Shown here: positions 58,376-64,000 of the stretch, piece after piece
How the letters are laid out: each line of letters begins with the position of its first letter
Position numbering within the stretch: position 1 is the first letter of the stretch
Origin: an uncultured Methanosarcinales archaeon
GTDB lineage: Archaea > Nanobdellota > Nanobdellia > Woesearchaeales > CAXGTL01
Length of the DNA: 64,000 nt
Reading direction: 5' to 3'
Assembly (NCBI GenBank): GCA_964535955.1
Contig: CAZHVK010000004.1
Location: forward strand, 70,222 to 134,221
Translations under genes and position numbers: made by a program
Notes under the pieces: model-generated
What the model saw: only the letters and a program-made list of their open reading frames with translations
Database searches by the model: none
What the model was told of the DNA's origin: nothing

Positions 58376-59430
58376 TTTAACCACTACATTTTATATACAA
58401 ATTATGATTTTGATTATCATTTAACCACTACATAAACTTATACTGTTCAAGATATTCTTTTAAACAGAATTTACAGATTGCCTCTACTTTACCTTTTCTT
58501 GAATTTTCTAAAGCTTCTAGGTAGTCTGTTCTTTTTCTTACATGTATTGCTAATGGAGCAAGTTTCTTGTACATCAAAAGCCAACAAAGAACCAATCTCC
58601 CCACCCTTCCATTACCATCAACAAAAGGGTGTATTATCTCAAATTGTGCATGTGATTGAAAAGCAACCTCAAAATCATTTATTTTCTTAAAACCTTGTTT
58701 TATCCATCTTAACAATGTTTCCATCCTTTCTTTGATAAATAAATAAGAGGAAGTATAAACATCGCCTACATAATTCTGAACTTTTTTGTATTTGCCTAAT
58801 GTTTCATCAGATTCAATATCTTTGTTTACTAGTTTGTGAAGTTCAAACAGATCTTTGTGCTTAGGTAATCTCTTATGATTAGCTTCAACATAGTTCCATG
58901 CTTTTAACAGATTATCTGCCATATGGAGTTCTTTTTTCTTATGACCTTTTGGAACAGTATCTTTGAATAAGTAATTGAATGTTTCTTTGACTGTCAAGGT
59001 AGAACCTTCTATTGCATTGCTGTTTGATATGAATATACTTAAGAATTTCTCTTTTTCTTTTTGTTTTGACACTTTGTCTAATTCTTTTATATATCTCTTG
59101 TATGTGTCTGAAGCTTTTTTTAGTCTATTATGGTCTTGGTAAGATAAAGTATCTTTGTATTCTTTAAGTATCCAGTCTTGTTTACTGTATGAGTATTTCA
59201 TACATTCAAACTCATCTTTGGTTATTGGTCTCTTTTTTCCAATATATTTTATAGTCTTTTGTATTACTTTGTTTTTTTTTCTTATACTATGTACTAGATA
59301 AAGATATTCATTTCCATTGATCTTCTTTGTTACTATGCTTACCATGAAAGATATTAACCACTACATATATTTAAATCTTTCGTCATAAAATATAAAATAA
59401 TAAGAAATGCAGATGAATTTAACCACTACA
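58376..59430. repeat. four direct copies of TTAACCACTACA bracketing the Fic gene
   Basis: Copies at about 58376-58389, 58420-58433, 59353-59366 and 59418-59430. Confidence 0.85.
58428..59345 (-). CDS. Fic family protein (AMPylase)
   Basis: HPFVDGNGRVGR catalytic motif; SNAIEG autoinhibitory motif. Confidence 0.95.
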   Translation of the reverse strand: MVSIVTKKINGNEYLYLVHSIRKKNKVIQKTIKYIGKKRPITKDEFECMKYSYSKQDWILKEYKDTLSYQDHNRLKKASDTYKRYIKELDKVSKQKEKEKFLSIFISNSNAIEGSTLTVKETFNYLFKDTVPKGHKKKELHMADNLLKAWNYVEANHKRLPKHKDLFELHKLVNKDIESDETLGKYKKVQNYVGDVYTSSYLFIKERMETLLRWIKQGFKKINDFEVAFQSHAQFEIIHPFVDGNGRVGRLVLCWLLMYKKLAPLAIHVRKRTDYLEALENSRKGKVEAICKFCLKEYLEQYKFM

Positions 59431-59438
59431 GTTCAATA

Positions 59439-59467
59439 TTTACCTAGCCCTTACCATATGAAACACT
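59439..59467 (-). repeat. fragment copy of microgene 3' end including its stop codon
   Basis: 27/29 identity to 61247-61275. Confidence 0.8.
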
Positions 59468-59474
59468 ATTCACC

Positions 59475-60134
59475 TTATATCAATCTACTCCTATTGATAA
59501 ACAATTCAAATTTACAACCAAGTGAACTTGCAGCTCTTTTGCAAGCAATCATTCTTTCTAGAAAAATCTCAAAATATTCCATGACTGAAGCTATTTTTTT
59601 ATCAGTAGTTAAGCTTAGCCTGATTGTTTTCTTTTTCTTATTAACACTTAGTTTTGAGGATTTAGTAGCATAATTAACCCTGTCATGGATGTCAAGATCC
59701 ATTGTTTTTACATTCCTAACCCTGGACCTTCTAACATCTGATTTATCAGCAATGATCACAGCTGCTCCTAAAGCATTAACAGGATCACCTTGTGTTTCAT
59801 GATGATTTCCAATTGCTGTTGTTATTCTTATTAGCTCTTCTACTCCAATATCTCTATGAAATATTGAATAAACAATTAAAGCAGATGATTGAGCATGTTG
59901 GTGTCTGCTAACAATATTGCCTATATCATGAAGATATCCTGCAATTGCTGCTAGTTCAGCACCTTGTTTTGAATAATTAAGTTTTAGTAATATATCCTGT
60001 GCTCTTTTTGACACTATTTCAGCATGTTTAAATCCATGCTCTGTTATACCTACTTTTCCCATGTATTTATCGCTCTTTGTAAGAAGCATCTTTACTTCAG
60101 GAATCTTTTTTATTTCATTTAATGTTAGTTTCAT
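59475..60134 (-). CDS. HD-domain metal-dependent phosphohydrolase
   Basis: TEHGFKH, LHDIGN, GNH, IIADKSDV, DIHDRVNYA. Confidence 0.9.
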   Translation of the reverse strand: MKLTLNEIKKIPEVKMLLTKSDKYMGKVGITEHGFKHAEIVSKRAQDILLKLNYSKQGAELAAIAGYLHDIGNIVSRHQHAQSSALIVYSIFHRDIGVEELIRITTAIGNHHETQGDPVNALGAAVIIADKSDVRRSRVRNVKTMDLDIHDRVNYATKSSKLSVNKKKKTIRLSLTTDKKIASVMEYFEIFLERMIACKRAASSLGCKFELFINRSRLI

Positions 60135-60187
60135 TTTGTATCACCTTTTTATGTATTTATGTTTATAGAATTTATAAGAGTTTTGGT

Positions 60188-60652
60188 TTATTCTAATTTT
60201 TCTAATATCTTTTTCTTAAGTAGATTAATGTAAACATTTAATTGCAATTCTATTTCTTTAAAATCATTATAACTAACTGGCTGGCCATAATAATTGATCC
60301 CATTTCTTTTTGTTCTAATTTTCTCAAAGAATTCCCAGCTTAATTCTAGTTCTGGATGTTTTATGCATAAGTATGCAAACAAACATTGGTGGTTCAGAGA
60401 TTTTATTTTATCAAATCTTATGAAAGCTTCTACAAGTTGTCTCAACACATCATAATAATTTCTAAAGATTATACTCCATCCATAACTCTCTTTAGGAGTC
60501 TTTTTAATTAATTGTTGTATTACTTCAAGACCTGCCACCGAGATATTTAACATAGTTTTAATTTTATCTAAATCAATTTTCTCCATAAATATAAACATGC
60601 CATTTTGTTCGCATTTATTAAATATTTCCTCTTTAGTTTTTTCTTTAGGCAT
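60188..60652 (-). CDS. HEPN-like protein (partner of MNT)
   Basis: YYDVLRQL..NHQCLF..IRTKRNGINYYG; overlaps MNT gene. Confidence 0.7.
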   Translation of the reverse strand: MPKEKTKEEIFNKCEQNGMFIFMEKIDLDKIKTMLNISVAGLEVIQQLIKKTPKESYGWSIIFRNYYDVLRQLVEAFIRFDKIKSLNHQCLFAYLCIKHPELELSWEFFEKIRTKRNGINYYGQPVSYNDFKEIELQLNVYINLLKKKILEKLE

Positions 60653-61193
60653 TTAATTTCACCTCGAAGAAATTTATCTCACCTTTAACAAGATGACCTT
60701 CTATAATGTTTCCTATTAATCCAGGACCCATCTTCTTTAAATCTCTTTTATTTTTTGCAGTAAATAACTGTATCTCTCTATGCAGTTTTAATTCATATTT
60801 CCCTAACTCAAAATCATCATCATCACCATATATAAACAAATCAATATCACTTTCTTTGTACCAGTCTGATCTTGCCATACTTCCGAATATAATAACAGTT
60901 TTTGCTTTTTTTAGTGATAGTAGATGGTTTAGAAAACCTGTTTTATAGAATTGCTGTAATGTGAAGAGTTTTTTTCTATTTCTGTATGAGGGGTGTTCAT
61001 AATTGCTAATATAATAAGGCATTTTTCCTTTTTCTTTAATTCTTTTTATTATATTTTCTTTTATTAATCTTTTTAACCAATTATTTGTTTTATCTCTACT
61101 TACCTTACTTTGCTTTAATATATCTTTAAAATACCAATATTTGGTAGGTTGGTTAAAGAATAGTTCTAGTATTTGGTATTCTTTACTTCTCAT
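60645..61193 (-). CDS. HTH + minimal nucleotidyltransferase (MNT) protein
   Basis: N-terminal wHTH; IIFGSMARSDWYKESDIDLFI. Confidence 0.9.
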   Translation of the reverse strand: MRSKEYQILELFFNQPTKYWYFKDILKQSKVSRDKTNNWLKRLIKENIIKRIKEKGKMPYYISNYEHPSYRNRKKLFTLQQFYKTGFLNHLLSLKKAKTVIIFGSMARSDWYKESDIDLFIYGDDDDFELGKYELKLHREIQLFTAKNKRDLKKMGPGLIGNIIEGHLVKGEINFFEVKLNA

Positions 61194-61247
61194 ATTAGTA
61201 CCTATAATAGGGACTATTATTTAAATCTTTTGGTTTTGTGGTTAGCT

Positions 61248-61394
61248 TTACCTAGCCCTTACTCTATGAAACACTGGTTTCTTTCTTTTTGTATGTTGCC
61301 AGCATCTTTTCTTGAAAGTTCTTCTGTCACATTTTCCATATTTTTTATAGTTTTTGCATCTTACTCCGCACTTGTGTGCTTTTTTCTTAGCCAT
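61248..61394 (-). CDS. 48-aa basic Cys/His microprotein (not in ORF track)
   Basis: GAGGTGA SD; MAKKKAHKCGVRCKNYKKYGKCDRRTFKKRCWQHTKRKKPVFHRVRAR. Confidence 0.75.
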   Translation of the reverse strand: MAKKKAHKCGVRCKNYKKYGKCDRRTFKKRCWQHTKRKKPVFHRVRAR

Positions 61395-61409
61395 GATTAT
61401 TCACCTCTT

Positions 61410-61835
61410 TTATTCACATAATGAACATAATTCTTCAGTCATTGGTTCTTCATGTCTACAATAACTTTCAAAACCTTTTTCACAAAACTCTTCAACTGTT
61501 TTGAAGTTTGATTTATCTTTACCTATACAATCTTCACAATTACAAGGATTTTCTTGTTCTTCACATACACCATTGCCACAGTTAATACAAGTACCTACTG
61601 GATAACCAGACATTAGTCCTGTGTCATAACACTTATCTGCAACAGATATACTAGTATCATGTCCAGACTCCCATTCAGTCAATCCTTCACAGCATGTTTC
61701 AGGATGTTCTTCTTTGTATACAACTGAGAATCTTTCACCTTCTTGTGCACAGTCTGCTGTTATTATTCCAGCTGGTCTTGTACAACCACTCAGAACTAAT
61801 ATTGATATTATTGTTAGTATTATTAATAGTTTCAT
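61410..61835 (-). CDS. Cys-rich lipoprotein
   Basis: LSGC lipobox; CCEGL, CGNGVCE..ENPCNC..DC; GAGGTGA SD. Confidence 0.8.
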   Translation of the reverse strand: MKLLIILTIISILVLSGCTRPAGIITADCAQEGERFSVVYKEEHPETCCEGLTEWESGHDTSISVADKCYDTGLMSGYPVGTCINCGNGVCEEQENPCNCEDCIGKDKSNFKTVEEFCEKGFESYCRHEEPMTEELCSLCE

Positions 61836-61888
61836 AAGTATCACCTCTTTACACTATTTATATCAACAGAATTTATAAAAGCTTTGGT

Positions 61889-62713
61889 TTATTCTAATCT
61901 TTTTTTCTTTTCAGGCTCTTTTAAATAATTTTCATCAGAAACAATTGTTTTGCCTAACCTTTTTTCAATATCTTTTCTAGTTGCACCTGCAACATCACCA
62001 CCATCTTTTGCATCTTTTTTCAAACTAGGAAATTTTTCAGAATCTTTCTCTTTAGTAAACTTTGTAGTAGTTGCTTCACCAAGCATAGTAAGAACTAATT
62101 CCATGTCATCCATATGATCTCTTAGGTTATGATGTTTTAAACCTTTAAAGTTTTTATATTCAGATGGAGTCATATTAAAAGTTGCTTTGCTGATTTCTGC
62201 TGTTAATATTGAAAAATCATTTGGCTTTTTTACTCCTCTGTTTCTCCATTCATCTGTTAATTCATCTCTTATTGCAATTCCTCTCACTCTTTTCTCTATC
62301 CATTGATCAGAATATCCTTTTAATTTGTATAATGTTTTCATACGTTTTTGTGCTAATTCAGGATTTTCTATTTCTTGTACTCTTTCATAACCAACCTTAG
62401 CAAGCCACCTTTTGAATGGTTCTGCTTTTTTAGACGGTATTGATTGAACTAATCTAAAAGCACCCCTTGTAGAAACACAATTAAGCTTCTGCATGCCTCC
62501 TGATGTTTTTATAGGAAGGGGGGTGGCAATTTGCACCCACCCTTGTGAAAAGCCTTCATCTCTCCTTCTCATATCTTTTAAATAACCAGAAGGATTAACA
62601 CTATCTGTTAAAACTGCAATAATATCAACAGCAACAAACCACCATTCATCATTAAACCAAGTTCTTCTAATCTTATTTCCTTGAAATATAACTAATGCTT
62701 TATCTTGATCCAT
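61889..62713 (-). CDS. BRO-N domain protein (phage antirepressor-like)
   Basis: FQGNKIRRTW...WWFVAVDII; RLVQSIPSKKAEPFKRWLA; NLRDHM. Confidence 0.9.
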   Translation of the reverse strand: MDQDKALVIFQGNKIRRTWFNDEWWFVAVDIIAVLTDSVNPSGYLKDMRRRDEGFSQGWVQIATPLPIKTSGGMQKLNCVSTRGAFRLVQSIPSKKAEPFKRWLAKVGYERVQEIENPELAQKRMKTLYKLKGYSDQWIEKRVRGIAIRDELTDEWRNRGVKKPNDFSILTAEISKATFNMTPSEYKNFKGLKHHNLRDHMDDMELVLTMLGEATTTKFTKEKDSEKFPSLKKDAKDGGDVAGATRKDIEKRLGKTIVSDENYLKEPEKKKRLE

Positions 62714-62884
62714 TTAAACCACCTTGTATATATAGAAAGTACTTCTCCTTTATAAATCTCACGCGCATCTGACCAGTGACCAGTGAGAACCTTCTAAGAA
62801 GCTGTATTGCTAGGATTAAAGTGTCTAAGGTCAGTGGACATGTGTTTTTGAGATGTCTAGTGAGAAATGTTTAGAAGCTTTGCT

Positions 62885-63265
62885 TTATAACAAATACCTA
62901 TCCAATGTATGACATTTTCTTATTAAACACTTCATCACTATTGGATCATTCTCAAGTTCTTGTCTTGTATCTTTGGTAGCAAGGTCAACAACTGCACTAT
63001 ATACTGGTTCCTTTCCTTGTGAGCCAAAAGGAATTCCTCTAGAATCAACATAATCTTGTTCTGCATCTAATAATGTTTGCATTGCTACAGCTTCTTCTTG
63101 TCCTGACTTGTTACCTAAGATAATGTTTCTTGTTGTTAAATATTCTAGCATTTTTATTGCATCATATGCTCTTTTTAGTATTTCATCTGTTTTAATTAAA
63201 TCTCTTAATGTTGTTACATCTTCTGGTTTGTCTAGGTTAAAGGTTTGCATTTTGTATTTTATCAC
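62885..63265 (-). CDS. hypothetical protein
   Basis: 126-aa ORF; start uncertain. Confidence 0.55.
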   Translation of the reverse strand: MIKYKMQTFNLDKPEDVTTLRDLIKTDEILKRAYDAIKMLEYLTTRNIILGNKSGQEEAVAMQTLLDAEQDYVDSRGIPFGSQGKEPVYSAVVDLATKDTRQELENDPIVMKCLIRKCHTLDRYLL

Positions 63266-63381
63266 AAATCTATCATTTTACATTAGTCTATCAGAATGTC
63301 TTTTTTTAGTATTTGGAGTGGAAGGAAGTATTTAAAGGTTTTGTCCTAATCTTTATATACTTCCATACCTTCCCCTTTATC

Positions 63382-63906
63382 ATGAACCTAGAAATCATAA
63401 ACAAAGACATAACAACCTTAGATGTAGATGCAATTGTGAATGCAGCAAACTCAGGATTATTAGGTGGTGGAGGAGTAGATGGAGCAATACACAGAGCAGC
63501 AGGACCAAATCTTATTGCAGAGTGCAAAGAGATAAGAGAAAAAACCTATCCAGAAGGATTACCAACAGGACAAGCTGTGATAACAAAAGGATATGATCTC
63601 AAAGCAAGACATGTTATTCACACAGTTGGTCCTGTTTATGGTAAAGGTAAATTGCCATCTAAATTACTTGCAGATGCTTACATCAACTCATTAAATCTTG
63701 CAGAACAACATAATCTAAAGTCAATAGCATTTCCTGCTATAAGCACAGGAATATTCAGTTATCCAAAGAGAGAAGCTGTTAGAGTAGTAAAGGAAGTTAT
63801 GGAAGAATATGATTTCAAATCCTTGGAAAGAGTAATACTTTGTTTCTATTCTAAAGAAGATATGGAGATTGCAGTGGGAGTGTTTAAGGAAGAGGGTATG
63901 TGTTGA
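63382..63906 (+). CDS. macrodomain protein (MacroD/YmdB type ADP-ribose hydrolase)
   Basis: DIT, DAIVNAAN..LLGGGGVDGAIH, VIHTVGP, AFPAISTGIF. Confidence 0.95.
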   Translation: MNLEIINKDITTLDVDAIVNAANSGLLGGGGVDGAIHRAAGPNLIAECKEIREKTYPEGLPTGQAVITKGYDLKARHVIHTVGPVYGKGKLPSKLLADAYINSLNLAEQHNLKSIAFPAISTGIFSYPKREAVRVVKEVMEEYDFKSLERVILCFYSKEDMEIAVGVFKEEGMC

Positions 63907-64000
63907 GGTTGTGTAAGTGGGTATTGAAGGGTTTTGTGAATATTTTATTACAATTCTTCTCTTTTGATAAAATCCTTTATTTCAGTTACAAACTTACTTT

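Noticed and set aside
61889..62713. Prophage inferred from the BRO gene
   Set aside because: No capsid, terminase, portal or integrase genes recognised

Overview
This is a low-GC archaeal chromosome segment, most consistent with a DPANN archaeon of the Woesearchaeota/Pacearchaeota type. Evidence: the aCPSF1-psmB pair, archaeal ProRS, BRE/TATA promoters, GGTGA Shine-Dalgarno motifs, a tRNA with a bulge-helix-bulge intron, many Lrp/TrmB regulators and a class III signal-peptide protein. A few housekeeping genes (proS, psmB, aCPSF1, slyD, mscS, ABC-2 transporter, tRNA-Trp) sit among accessory genes. The most unusual items are: (1) an operon in which a VIT-vWA protein ends in pieces of transcription factor B and the next, overlapping gene supplies the TFB zinc ribbon/B-reader; (2) a 1841-aa exported protein with a putative ADP-ribosyltransferase domain and a CCA-adding-enzyme-like tail, followed by a HEAT/ADP-ribosylglycohydrolase fusion (toxin/immunity-like); (3) a ~110-nt structured element present twice with a conserved core and replaced stems; (4) an unannotated 48-aa Cys/His microgene whose 3' part recurs at the borders of Fic and HEPN-MNT modules; (5) a DGR-target-like protein within a trio sharing one N-terminus; (6) tRNA-Trp with a T-loop (59/60) intron. 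All family assignments are by eye from motifs; no searches were run.
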